From an uncultured Actinomycetes bacterium (lineage in GTDB: Bacteria; Actinomycetota; Thermoleophilia; RBG-16-64-13): a DNA stretch of 64,000 nt. The stretch covers positions 6,446-70,445 of the forward strand of contig CAVQME010000003.1 of assembly GCA_963713545.1 (NCBI GenBank), written 5' to 3'. The position numbers were made by a program, and so were the translations under genes. Below are positions 1 to 10,431 of this stretch, one piece after another; the stretch's first letter is position 1; each line of letters starts with the position of its first letter. Under the pieces are notes generated by a model. The model was given only the letters and a program-made list of their open reading frames with translations. It did not search any database and had not been told where the DNA came from.

Positions 1-2169
1 GCCAGCTTGCCCACCTCGAGCGAACCGATCTCGTCCTCCTTGAAGATGGCCTTCGCGCCGTTGATCGTGAAGGATTCGATCATCTGCTCCACCGTCACGC
101 ACTCGGCCGGCCACAGGGCGGTCTCGTAGTCGGGATCGACGTAGATCTCAGAACCCTCCGGTACCGTGCGCGTGATGCCGAGCTCGATAGCCAGCATCGG
201 GATCGGGCGGCCAGGAGACCGGGTAGTCGCTGGCCGAGGCCACGGTCACGCCGGCGTCGAAGAAGCTCTTCATCGGATACTGCTTGTCGGCGCGCTCCTG
301 GCCAACATAATCGACCGCCTGGTGGTAGTAGGTGTCGATCACGAACCAGTAAGGCTGCGGCGCCGCGATCACGCCCAGATCGGCGAAGCGGGCGATGTCG
401 GCCTCGTTCACCAGTTGCAGGTGGGTGATCATGTTGCGGGCGTCGCGCGCCCCGTTCTGCTGACGGGCGTAGGCGAAGCCGTCCAGGGTGAGGCGGGTGG
501 CGGCGTCACCGATGGAGTGGACGTGGATCTGGATGCCGGCCTTGTCCAGGGCGGCGCACATCTCGTCGTAGGCTTGCGGGTCCCAGAGCAACTCACCCCG
601 GTAGTCGGGACGGATGTCGTAGGGCTCTTCCAGGTAGGCGGTAACGCCCTCGAGCACCCCATCCATGAAGATCTTGGCCGCGACGATCTCGTAGTTGCCG
701 CCCGCTTCCGCGGCCTTGGTGGCGACGATGTCATCCACGCGCGAGACGTCGTCCTCAGGATCGACGTTCATGGCGGTCGGGAAGCGTATGGTCATCTCCC
801 CCGAGGCATCGAAGTCGTGCAGCGCCTCCAGCCCGGCCGTGTCTCCGCTCGGCAGGCTAGGGATGTAGACCGTGGTCAGGCCCAAGGAATGGGCGAAATC
901 CTGGAAGTAGGTGAGACCTTCCACCAGCTGTTCCGGGGTATAGGGCGGGATCACGTCCGCTATCAACTCTATGGCGTTCTCCCGGAGGGTGCCCGTCGGA
1001 TTGCCGTCGGCGTCCCGTTCGATCACTCCTCCTGCCACGTCCGGAGTGTCGGCGGTGATCCCAGCCAGCTCCAGGGTCTTGGTGTTGACCCAGACGGAGT
1101 GGTAGTCCTCGGAGTTCAGCACCGCCGGGATGTCCGGGCAGACTTCGTCCAGCATGGCGGCCGTGGGGCCGTGCTCTCCGAAGACGGAGTTGATCCAACC
1201 CGCACCTTGCAGAGCCGTGAGACCAGGCGTGGCGGCGACGAAGTCCGCGATCGTCTGCTGGTACTCATCCACCGAGCCGATCCCGTAGAGCGGCACCTCG
1301 TAGATATCCGAGACGCCCGACGTGGCGTGGGCGTGGCTGTCGATCAGGCCGGGCAGGACCAGCTTGCCGTCCAAATCGACGACTTCGGTGTGCTCACCGA
1401 CCCACTCCTCGGCCTCGGACGCGCTGCCCACGAAGACGATGCTGTCGCCCCGGATGGCTATCGCCTCGGCGACCGTGCGCTCATCGTCCACTGTGTAGAC
1501 CACGCCGTTTGTGAATACCTTGTCGGCCCTTCCGGTCCTATCAAAGAGCTGCCACAATATCTCGGCCGCTTCACCGCGGGTGGCGTTCTTAGTCGTGTCC
1601 CAGGTGGCCAGATCGACGATGCCGGCCAGCAGACCGTTGAACTCAGCCTTCTTGATGTTGGCGCCATGGAATGGATTGGAGTAGTCGAGGACCCCGGTGT
1701 AGTCCACTGGCGGTTCCGCCAGGGCATCGCCGGCTGCACGTACAGCGACGCTGATGGCCTGTTGCCGCGTGACATTGTCGGCGAAGCCGAAGTTGCCGTT
1801 CAGGTAGCCGTGCATGATGCCCTTGGCCGCCGCGACCGCAGCGTAGCTGCCGGGATAGAGCGGATTGTTCACAGGGTCGTAGGGGTCCGGTGTGTCCTTG
1901 AACGTGGACTGATCGGCTGCCGTGACTTCGTAGTCCAACGTGAGGTCCGCCATCTTGGCGAACTGCTGGCGCAGCAAGGGATCATCGGGTCTAAAAGTGC
2001 CGTCTGCGTATCCGCCGGTGAACCCGCGTGTCGCAATGTTCAGGATACTGGCTTCGTATGGGTGGCCGTCAATATCCGTGAACTCAGCGGCCGTCAAGGC
2101 GGGGACCGTCATCGCAAGTAGCAGGACCACCGCCACCAGCAGTCCGAGAACGACTCGCATTCTTCTCAT
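1..2169 (-). CDS. Secreted SLH-domain + amidohydrolase-3 (YtcJ-like) fusion; 1-nt frameshift at ~198-201; runs off the window edge
   Basis: Signal peptide, SLH repeats (FTDIDGHPY, GYADGTFRP, TRGEAA), PGLIDSHAH, KIFMDG, HSIGD, SDYP motifs. The expected C-terminus (MLAIELGITR...FTINGAKAIFKEDEIGSLEVGKLA) continues in a shifted frame from 197 to 1. Confidence 0.85.
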
Positions 2170-2330
2170 TCCTACTCCTTCCTAACGATCCTGCTTTGTC
2201 GTGCTCCCTCATAACTCACGAACGCGACGCCTGGCGGACACTCGCCTGAATCGAGCGCTCCACCTCCCTTCGCGTAAGCAACGATGGCCTTCACGCTGAC
2301 GCCGGCTACGGCTTCAGCGCAACAGGACTC

Positions 2331-3956
2331 CTACTCGGCGTCCTTCGTCATGCTGAAGGTGACCGTGATCGGGCTGACGCGATCCTCCGCCCTCAGGTAG
2401 GCGTGATCGACCCATCCGTGGGCGAAATCGGAGTTCGGCCAGATTGTGAGCAACTGCTGCGACGGGACCTGATGAAACCAGGCGTCGAGCATCATGGTGC
2501 TCGAGAGGGTCATCCCAGTGGGCAGCCCGGACGCCGTATCCAGGTTGTACTCGCCGGTGGCCAGGATCGTCGTGCCCACGTTGAGGTCCATGATCCACGG
2601 TGTGTTGCCCGGCGGCACATCGTGGCCGAGCAGGGGTAGAAACGGCTTCATGTCGAAGCGCAGGGGAATGTCGATGTTGGTGACCGCCAAGTCGAAGCCG
2701 AGATCCGCCACCCCAGAAGCAAACGACAGATAGTCGCTCTGGATGTCGACATCCATGGTCTTCTTGCCGAGACTCGTGTAGTAGGTCTTCTGGATGTCCA
2801 GGTGGTCGCCGGGCTTCGCAAGCTGGCCCGCGTAGGGCAGCATCAGTGCCGACGTGAACGGGGTGAGAAACGTGGCCAACTCTGCCACCATAGTCTGGCC
2901 GAGGGCCTGCTCCGGCTTGCCCTTGGTAGCGTAGGAGATGCCGAGCACCGTGCCCTGGTCGTCTAGACTGAGGAGCACGTACGCGGGTAGGATCTCAGCA
3001 ATGGTGTCCTCAGCGTCTTCCGTGTTGTCGGTCAGAGTGAGCGCGTCGATGGCCAACTTGATGGTGGTCTCACCATTGCCCACTGCCAGGATCTGCATGT
3101 TCACATGGCCCGTGATCGTGCTGGCGGGAAGAGTCTTCGGCCAGATACCGTCATCCTCATGTTCCGCGGCCCAGATGATCGGCGTGTTGATCGTGAACGT
3201 GAACCCTGTGGGGCCGGCCGGCTCAAGATCAGCGAACATCGGTAGGGCCGGGTCGGCCAGACTGAGCAGATTCCAAAGCAGCTGGGCGCATTCCCCGCGG
3301 CTGGCCGGAGCGCCGAAGTTGAATCCAGGACCCACCCCCTGCAACCCGGCAAGGAGTCCCGCCGAGGCGGCCTTCCGGGCGTTGGCGAAGTGCTCGCCAG
3401 TCCCGAACTGCCCGACGGTGAAGCCTGGGTCGAATTGGGCCGGGGCGTCGGGAAGATCAGCGGACCGGGCCACCATAGTGATGAGCTGCTCCCGGCTGAT
3501 GTTGGCGTAGGGAGCAAACGTCGATGGGGTCTTCCCGACGGTTATGCGCTCGGCGGCGCAAACCGCCACATACTTGGCCGGATAGAGAGGATCGTTGGGG
3601 TTCGGCGTGGCGTCGACGTCGGTGAAGGGGCAAGTCGCGGTGGCTGGGACCTCGTAGCCCAGAGTCAGCACGATCATCTTTGCGAATTGCTGCCGGATAA
3701 CGGGGTCATTCGGCTTGAAGACGTCTCCCGGGAAACCATTGATAATGTGGCGAGCGGCCAACTCGTCGATGGCCGTCGCATACGGGTTACCTACCGTGTC
3801 GGTGAATGCCAGCGCCAGACCCGAGCCGGCCAGGACCAAGATGATCGCCGTCCCGAGGATTGCAGCGAGAAGCAACGGCCGTCGACGCGACCGCTCCCGC
3901 CCCCCGCCACTTCGGGACTCCCGAGTCACGTTCGGACACGGTTCGTGCCTGCCCAT
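2331..3956 (-). CDS. SLH-domain surface protein with uncharacterised C-terminal beta-rich domain
   Basis: ATG at 3956 preceded by GGAGGAGG; hydrophobic signal; SLH motifs (FTDTVGNPY, RQQFAKM, SRGECAQ). Confidence 0.8.
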   Translation of the reverse strand: MGRHEPCPNVTRESRSGGGRERSRRRPLLLAAILGTAIILVLAGSGLALAFTDTVGNPYATAIDELAARHIINGFPGDVFKPNDPVIRQQFAKMIVLTLGYEVPATATCPFTDVDATPNPNDPLYPAKYVAVCAAERITVGKTPSTFAPYANISREQLITMVARSADLPDAPAQFDPGFTVGQFGTGEHFANARKAASAGLLAGLQGVGPGFNFGAPASRGECAQLLWNLLSLADPALPMFADLEPAGPTGFTFTINTPIIWAAEHEDDGIWPKTLPASTITGHVNMQILAVGNGETTIKLAIDALTLTDNTEDAEDTIAEILPAYVLLSLDDQGTVLGISYATKGKPEQALGQTMVAELATFLTPFTSALMLPYAGQLAKPGDHLDIQKTYYTSLGKKTMDVDIQSDYLSFASGVADLGFDLAVTNIDIPLRFDMKPFLPLLGHDVPPGNTPWIMDLNVGTTILATGEYNLDTASGLPTGMTLSSTMMLDAWFHQVPSQQLLTIWPNSDFAHGWVDHAYLRAEDRVSPITVTFSMTKDAE

Positions 3957-4104
3957 CGTTCCTCCTCCCCCGACACCACTCGACTCCACAATACTCCGCC
4001 TGGCGGCGAAGCTCGTCAAGACCTACGCGCCTGCCTTGGCGCCCACATGATGCCGCGTGTCCAACGCGGTGGACGGAAGGGACTATGGAGGAAGCTCTGC
4101 CGTA

Positions 4105-7005
4105 TTAGGGAGCCGCGCTCTCGAGCGCCTGCAGCGCGGCGATGACATCACCGAGCCGCTGGATCTTCTCTCCATAGGTAGCCCAATCGTCGAGACGCTG
4201 GGCGGCCCGCGCTTCTTGGTAGAGCTGCTCGGCCAGATCCAGGAGGGCCCCGCGATCGGTCGGAAGCTCCCCTGAGATCGTGGTTGTGGTCGTGATCGGC
4301 GCGGTTGTCGTGGTCGCAGAGGGGATCGTCGTAGTGGTGGCCCCGGGAACCGTAGTGGTTGGGCCGGAAGGCACCGTGGTGGTCGGACCGGTGGGTGTTC
4401 CGGAGAAGATGGTGTCGAGCGCCGAGGGAAGGTCTTTCTCCATCACCACAACATCGCCGTACGCGACGATCACCCGCGTCAACTCCGGGATGGCACCGCT
4501 CTCAGACTGCAGATACAAAGGCTCCACATAGATGAGCGAATCCTCCACCGGTATGACCAGGAGATTTCCCCGTATCACCTCACTCCCCGCCTGGTCCCAC
4601 AAGGTGAGTTGCGACGAGATGACAGGATCGTTGTTGATACGAGCTTCCACTTGGGCGGGGCCGAACACCAGCTTGTCCTTGGGGAAGGCGATGACGATCA
4701 ACTCGCCGTACTTGTCGCCGTCCATGCGGGCGGCCATCCAGGAGACCATGTTCTGCTTGGTCCGGGGGGTGAAGGGCTGCAGGAGCACGAACTCTTCCTC
4801 GCCCACGCCGGGCAGGGCCATCACCAGGTAGTAGGGCTCGACGATTGTCTCGTCCTCCCCGGACATCTCCGTGGCGATCTGCCACACGTCTTCCTTGTTG
4901 TAGAAGATCTGTGGCTCCGTCATATGGTAGACGGACAGAGTCTCCGCCTGGACACTGAAGAGGTCCTCCGGATAGCGCAGGTGCCGGCGGATATCATCCG
5001 GCATCTCTGCGCCCGGCGTGAAGAGCCCGGGATAGACCTTTCCCCAGGCGCTGGCGAGCGCATCATCGGGATCCATCTGGTAGAAGGTGACGTCGCCGTT
5101 GTAGGCGTCGATAACCACCTTGATGGAGTTGCGGATGTAGTTGAGGCCACTCGGACTCGGCTGCGAATTCGGAAAGCGATCGGTACTGGTGTAGGCGTCC
5201 CATATCCACGCAAGGCTGCCATCGTCACGGATCACGACGTAAGGATCGCGGTCGTAGTCCAGGAACGGGGCGATAGTCTGCACCCGCTCGGTGAGGGAAC
5301 GCCGGTACAAGATGCGAGAGTCGGACCGCAGGTAGTCAGAGACCAGCAACTTGATCGTGGCGAAGCGCACGCTGAAGATGAGCTGGCGCGGGAAGCTACC
5401 GATGTCCACACCACCGGTCCCTTTGTACTCGGCGAACACATTCTCGTCGCCCATGGGATAGTCGAACTCTTTAGCGGTCGTGTTGGCCAAGACAAAGGAG
5501 TCAGGAACTTCCCCAAAATAGATCTCGGGACGCGTGACGCTCAGGGATGTCTCGCTTTGGGGGGGTATGTCGCGCACAAAGAGCTGGGGCAGCCCCTGCT
5601 CGGTCGCCTCGCTCACCGGGCTGACCACCACCCCGTATCCATGCGTGTAGGTAAGGTGCTGGTTGACCCAGGTCTGGGCCTGACCAGTCAGCTTCGAGGA
5701 GTCGAACTCCCGGGCCGCCAGAAGGACCTGCCGGTACATCTCATCGATGACGTAGCGGTCCACATCCACATCGGTGAAGGTGTAATAGGTGCGTATCTCC
5801 TGGATCTGCCGGTAGGTGTCTAGCGCCGGGGTCGGATCCCACACCCTGACGTTATCAAGGGTAGCGGCGTTGGCCTCGATGGAGTCCGCATCCAGATTGG
5901 TGTTCGCCTCGAACGGGAACGTCCTCACCTCGTTCAACCCGAAGGCCCAGCGCGTCGAGTTGATGTTGTTGGCGATATAAGGTGTCTCTTTCTCGATCTC
6001 GGTAGGCGACACCCGGTACTGTTGCACTATGGCTGGGTAGATCTGTCCGGCAAAGAGCCAGGTGACGAACAGTAGCCCGATAGCCAGGGCAGGCAGGCGC
6101 CAGCCCTTGAAATAGATGTTGATGAGGAAGAGCACGGCAGCGATCGCCGCCACGATGGCCAGGAAGCGCAAGACCGGTATCTGGACCTGCACGTCGGTGT
6201 AGCTCGGGCCGAAGGCAACACCCCGCTCCGAGTAAGCAAGACCCCACACACCCAGGAGGTAGTCCACAGCCTTGCCCACCATCGCCACGGCCAGGATGAT
6301 CGATAGGTGAGCCTTGACGTGCGGGGCTGCGCGCAAGCTGCGTCCTTCCACGCGTATCGCTCGATGGGAGATGTAGATGCCCAGAGCTCCGACAAAGCTG
6401 AAGAAGAAGCAGAGCATCACGAAGGTCAAGACCAGGCGGGCAAGGGGCAGGGTGAACACGAAGAAGGCTGCATCGCGGCCGAACACCGGCGCACTGAAGC
6501 CGAAGTCGACCTGCCGGAAGAAGAGCCATATCCGCTCCCAAGATCCGCCGTAGCCGACGGCGAATATCACTCCCAAGACGATGGAGATCGCGAGGAAGAG
6601 GCGACGGCCTCGCCGTGTCTGGGTGTCTACAAGTTCGTAGACCTCACCCTCGGCATCACCAGCCGGTGTCACCTTGGGTAAGAAGTGCCGGGCGAGCCGT
6701 AGATTGCCGTAGAAGATGGCGAAGAACACGACGCCGGCGGCCACGCCGACCGCGAGCGGCGCCCAGATCCTGGTCCAGAAGACGGTGGTGAAGCCCACCT
6801 CCTGGAACCAGAGATAGTCGGTGAAGAATCGGGAGATCACCCACACTAGAACGACGAGAACGATGATCCCCAGCGGGACGAGAACGGCGGTCCGGCCCTT
6901 CCAGCTCGCGCCACGCCACCAACGCCCCAGGCCTTGCAGTTGATCCACCGGGGTCTTGGGTCCCGCGCCGCTCTCTGCTCCGCCATTCTCGCGACCGGTA
7001 ACCAT
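4105..7005 (-). CDS. UPF0182 family membrane protein
   Basis: TDYLWFQEVGF, DVDVDRY, WVNQHLTYTHGYG, NYIRNSIK, YVEPLY motifs; ATG at 7005 with AGGAGG; Thr-rich segment near C-terminus. Confidence 0.92.
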   Translation of the reverse strand: MVTGRENGGAESGAGPKTPVDQLQGLGRWWRGASWKGRTAVLVPLGIIVLVVLVWVISRFFTDYLWFQEVGFTTVFWTRIWAPLAVGVAAGVVFFAIFYGNLRLARHFLPKVTPAGDAEGEVYELVDTQTRRGRRLFLAISIVLGVIFAVGYGGSWERIWLFFRQVDFGFSAPVFGRDAAFFVFTLPLARLVLTFVMLCFFFSFVGALGIYISHRAIRVEGRSLRAAPHVKAHLSIILAVAMVGKAVDYLLGVWGLAYSERGVAFGPSYTDVQVQIPVLRFLAIVAAIAAVLFLINIYFKGWRLPALAIGLLFVTWLFAGQIYPAIVQQYRVSPTEIEKETPYIANNINSTRWAFGLNEVRTFPFEANTNLDADSIEANAATLDNVRVWDPTPALDTYRQIQEIRTYYTFTDVDVDRYVIDEMYRQVLLAAREFDSSKLTGQAQTWVNQHLTYTHGYGVVVSPVSEATEQGLPQLFVRDIPPQSETSLSVTRPEIYFGEVPDSFVLANTTAKEFDYPMGDENVFAEYKGTGGVDIGSFPRQLIFSVRFATIKLLVSDYLRSDSRILYRRSLTERVQTIAPFLDYDRDPYVVIRDDGSLAWIWDAYTSTDRFPNSQPSPSGLNYIRNSIKVVIDAYNGDVTFYQMDPDDALASAWGKVYPGLFTPGAEMPDDIRRHLRYPEDLFSVQAETLSVYHMTEPQIFYNKEDVWQIATEMSGEDETIVEPYYLVMALPGVGEEEFVLLQPFTPRTKQNMVSWMAARMDGDKYGELIVIAFPKDKLVFGPAQVEARINNDPVISSQLTLWDQAGSEVIRGNLLVIPVEDSLIYVEPLYLQSESGAIPELTRVIVAYGDVVVMEKDLPSALDTIFSGTPTGPTTTVPSGPTTTVPGATTTTIPSATTTTAPITTTTTISGELPTDRGALLDLAEQLYQEARAAQRLDDWATYGEKIQRLGDVIAALQALESAAP

Positions 7006-7170
7006 GAGGCCTCCTAGGTCGAGTACTCCGCTTCGACCACGATGGATCCCCAGGGGCTCCACCGCCTCGCGCGTCCGCCAGGCACTCTGCGCGCCTGGCC
7101 TTGGCAATCTACCACATTGGCAGGATTCACCTTGACCTGGGGCGTCGCGCGAGATTCTTTGTTACCGCCC

Positions 7171-7680
7171 CTACTGCCCTCGACCGCCCCTATTCCTGAC
7201 GAGAAGCCAGGGAAGCGCGAGCAGGACAACGGCGGCCGCACAGCCGACGAGGGTTCCCGCAAGAACGCCCGGGACCCGAAAGCTGGTGGCGGTCAGGGCG
7301 ATGAACCCAAGCAAGGCGCCGGCGAGAGCGGTCAGCCCCACGTTCCGCAGCCACACTCCTACGACACGGGCATCGACGAAGGCCGAGGACGGCAGTTGCC
7401 CCAGCCAGAGGATGACTTCTATCAAGACCACCAGACCGGCGGCGTACGCGATCATCGAGAAGGTGCCCGCCCGGCCGGTTGCCTCGACCACGACATATTC
7501 GGCTGCCAGGCTGAAGAGGGCAGGGCCTGCGAAGTGCACGCGGAAGAACAGAGCGAGCAGCGTGGAAAGCAGGCCAACGGCTCCGAGCGCCGTCACGGCC
7601 GGGAGTAGACTGCCGGCGCGCACGATGGGATAGGCGACGAGAGCACCGGCGATGACGATGGCCGCTGCCCCCAGGCCTAT
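7171..7680 (-). CDS. Hypothetical multi-pass membrane protein (start uncertain)
   Basis: About 5 hydrophobic segments, last gene of the MoxR/DUF58 cluster. The ORF-track TTG at 7821 overlaps DUF58 by 145 nt; ATA at 7680 overlaps the DUF58 stop. Confidence 0.6.
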   Translation of the reverse strand: MGLGAAAIVIAGALVAYPIVRAGSLLPAVTALGAVGLLSTLLALFFRVHFAGPALFSLAAEYVVVEATGRAGTFSMIAYAAGLVVLIEVILWLGQLPSSAFVDARVVGVWLRNVGLTALAGALLGFIALTATSFRVPGVLAGTLVGCAAAVVLLALPWLLVRNRGGRGQ

Positions 7681-8945
7681 GCGGAGGCGTATCGCGCGAA
7701 ACGACGGAATGCTGTCACCTCCTCCACCACAGCCGCGAGAGGGGCACGGCCGTCCCACTCGATGACCGCGACCCCCAACTGCTCGAAGCGAAAGCGCATG
7801 GCATCTCGCCAGAGACGCCAAAACCGGGCGGCGAGAACATCGAGAGAGTCTGTACTGCCGCCGACATAAGCCAGCGGCGAGATCTCGATGACCACCAGGT
7901 CGAAACCCCGCCGGCGCAGGTTGAGCAGCGCGTGCAGGCCCCGCTCGTCCAGCAAGGGGGTGAGAGCGATGACCAGAGCTTGCGGCGTTAGACTGCGGGA
8001 AGGCAGCGCGTCGATGTCCTTCCAGGCGAACGAGAAGGCGATCTCTGTCTCGAGCAGAGCCTCGATAATCCGATAGTGCTGGATGCTACCGCTGCTCGGG
8101 GTGAGCCAGCGCACCAGGCCGCCGAAGCTGACGAATCCGACACGGTCGCGTACCGACAGGTAGTGGCTTGCCAGCGAGGTGGCGGCCCGCACGGCCAGAT
8201 CGAGGGTGCTCCCATCCTGGCTTCTAGCCTCCGCAAAGCTATCCACGAAGATGATGACATCGCTGTTGCGCTCGGGATGCTGCTCGTTCACATGCAGGGT
8301 CTGATGCAGGGAGGAGGCCCGCCAGTTGATGTGACGCAGGCGGTCACCAGGCACATAGGGCCTGATGTCGGCGAACTCGATGCCCTCGCCGCGGGCTCGG
8401 GCCAGCCTGTTGCCGGCAAAGGGCTGCGTCTCAAAGGGCTTCACCAGGGACCACAGTCGCTCGGTCCGCGGGTAGACCTGGAGGACCGAGTGGCCGCGCA
8501 CGCGGGCGTCCATAAAACGGAGGCCGGCTACGTCACTCACACGCCAGATGGCATCACCGAGCTTGTAGGCACCCCAGCGGTCGCAGGTGAGGCGAAGGGG
8601 CACCCGCCGCTCCTCTTCAGCCTCCAGCCCGAGCAGGAACGCGGCCTCTCCCTCGGCGAGCCTCACACCGTCGGGGAGGGAGAAAGAAAGGTAGAGGACC
8701 GGGGTCCTGGACGGAGCGCGGGCAACCAGCTCTGCCTCTACCTCGTCACCTTCGAGCACGCGCTCCCTCTTGACCTCGAGCGCTGTTCTAACCATGCCCG
8801 GCCGGGGCGACGCAAGACCGAGGATAAGGACGAGGGCGAACGGCGCGGCCAACGCGGCTAACTCGGGGCGGCCGAGCGCGAGGGCCAGAAGAAAGACGAA
8901 CGCGGCAAAGGCGCCATAGACGACCAGCTTAGGGGAGCGCTTCAT
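7677..8945 (-). CDS. DUF58 domain protein (MoxR partner)
   Basis: EFADIRPYVPGDRLRHINWRAS motif; N-terminal TM segments; ATG overlaps MoxR stop. Confidence 0.9.
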   Translation of the reverse strand: MKRSPKLVVYGAFAAFVFLLALALGRPELAALAAPFALVLILGLASPRPGMVRTALEVKRERVLEGDEVEAELVARAPSRTPVLYLSFSLPDGVRLAEGEAAFLLGLEAEEERRVPLRLTCDRWGAYKLGDAIWRVSDVAGLRFMDARVRGHSVLQVYPRTERLWSLVKPFETQPFAGNRLARARGEGIEFADIRPYVPGDRLRHINWRASSLHQTLHVNEQHPERNSDVIIFVDSFAEARSQDGSTLDLAVRAATSLASHYLSVRDRVGFVSFGGLVRWLTPSSGSIQHYRIIEALLETEIAFSFAWKDIDALPSRSLTPQALVIALTPLLDERGLHALLNLRRRGFDLVVIEISPLAYVGGSTDSLDVLAARFWRLWRDAMRFRFEQLGVAVIEWDGRAPLAAVVEEVTAFRRFARYASA

Positions 8946-9922
8946 CCGCGCGCCGGTTCCGCTTCGCTGGATGACGGGGCGGGAACGGTGTCGAGCACTT
9001 CCCGGACGATCTCTTCCGTCCTCACCCGCTGCACCCATAGCTCCGGCCGCAGGGTCAGGCGGTGGGCCAACGCTGGTACGGCAACGTCCTTCACATCCTC
9101 GGGAGTGACGAAGTCCCGCTCCTGAAGAACGGCTCGGGCCCGCGCAAGGGTGTACAGAGCCAGGGAGCCCCGAGGGCTCGATCCCACCTGGACGCGGCGG
9201 TTCTCCCGTGTATGCCGGACGAGGTCGACCATGTAGAGCCGGATGCTCTCCGAGACGTGAACTCTCTCGATGGTTCGTTGCATAGCCAGCATCGTGGCCG
9301 GGTCGATCACCGGGTCGAGCTCGATGCGCTCCTGCCGACGCTCGCCTCGCCTCTCCAGTACGAGCGCTTCATCTGCGCGCTCCGGATAACCGACGGACAT
9401 GCGGAGCAGGAAGCGATCAAGCTGCGCTTCGGGCAGGGGATAGGTGCCTTCATATTCGATGGGGTTCTGCGTGGCGAGCACCAGGAAGGGCCGGTCCAGC
9501 CGATGAGTGGTGCCTTCGATGGTGACTTGCCGCTCCTGCATCGCCTCCAGGAGGGCGGCCTGGGTCTTCGCCGGGGCGCGGTTGATCTCGTCGGCAAGGA
9601 GCAGGTTGGTGAACACAGGTCCGGGATGGAACTCGAACTCGCCCCGTTTCTGGCTGTAGATGGAGGCGCCGGTCACATCGGAGGGCATCAGGTCGGGGGT
9701 GAACTGGATGCGCCGGAACACCAGCGACGTCGCCTGTGCGAACGAGCGGGCAATAAGCGTCTTGGCTAGCCCCGGAAGATCCTCGATCAACACGTGGCCA
9801 TCGGCGAGCAGGCCGAGCAGGACCAGCTCGAGTACGGCTCGCTTGCCCACGACTGCGCGCTCGACTTCACGCAGGATCGCCTCCCCCAGCAAAGCGACCC
9901 GCTCGAACGGCAATTCTTCCAT
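8942..9922 (-). CDS. moxR: MoxR family AAA+ ATPase
   Basis: GHVLIEDLPGLAKT, RIQFTPDLMPSD, DEINRAPAKTQAALLEAMQE, ATQNPIEYEGTYPLPEAQLDRF. Confidence 0.95.
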   Translation of the reverse strand: MEELPFERVALLGEAILREVERAVVGKRAVLELVLLGLLADGHVLIEDLPGLAKTLIARSFAQATSLVFRRIQFTPDLMPSDVTGASIYSQKRGEFEFHPGPVFTNLLLADEINRAPAKTQAALLEAMQERQVTIEGTTHRLDRPFLVLATQNPIEYEGTYPLPEAQLDRFLLRMSVGYPERADEALVLERRGERRQERIELDPVIDPATMLAMQRTIERVHVSESIRLYMVDLVRHTRENRRVQVGSSPRGSLALYTLARARAVLQERDFVTPEDVKDVAVPALAHRLTLRPELWVQRVRTEEIVREVLDTVPAPSSSEAEPARG

Positions 9923-10431
9923 CACAGTTTCTCCAGTTCCTCGACGAGTTGCTCGACTTCGTGCTCCGACCAGCCCGGGGCAGACCGGTCTGAGCCCGAG
10001 CTGCAGTCCGGCCGCACGAGTTCCCACGCGCGCCCCTGCCCGAGGATGGCTGCCGCTCGGTCGGGCTCACGCTCTAGATCGACGCCGTAGCTCCGGGAGA
10101 GACGTGCCGAGACGATGTCGCGCACCGGGGTCCGCAGCCGGAAGTAGAGGTCCGACCGGCTGTAGCGGGCGATCGCGACCCAGAGTCTCACCGTCTCGAA
10201 CTGCTCCACGTGCGTCTCGGGCACGGCGGCCGGGGGCAGCATCCTACGAAACTCCACGGCCAGGGGCAACACGCGCCGGAGCCGGCCGATGAGCACGGCG
10301 AGCAGCAGCGCCACCAGTAAGATCACGTATGCGAGCAAGACCAAGCCGTGCGCCACCCCTGTGAGCATGAGGGCGACGACGAGGGCGACAGTTGCAGCGA
10401 GTCCGAGCAAGGCTGCCTTCCAAATCTTCAT
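9922..10431 (-). CDS. Hypothetical membrane protein of the MoxR cluster
   Basis: Two N-terminal TM helices; translationally coupled to both neighbours. Confidence 0.75.
   Translation of the reverse strand: MKIWKAALLGLAATVALVVALMLTGVAHGLVLLAYVILLVALLLAVLIGRLRRVLPLAVEFRRMLPPAAVPETHVEQFETVRLWVAIARYSRSDLYFRLRTPVRDIVSARLSRSYGVDLEREPDRAAAILGQGRAWELVRPDCSSGSDRSAPGWSEHEVEQLVEELEKL

Noticed and set aside
166-2121. 651-aa plus-strand ORF
   Set aside because: Antisense shadow of the SLH-amidohydrolase; typical of high-GC codon bias, no motifs
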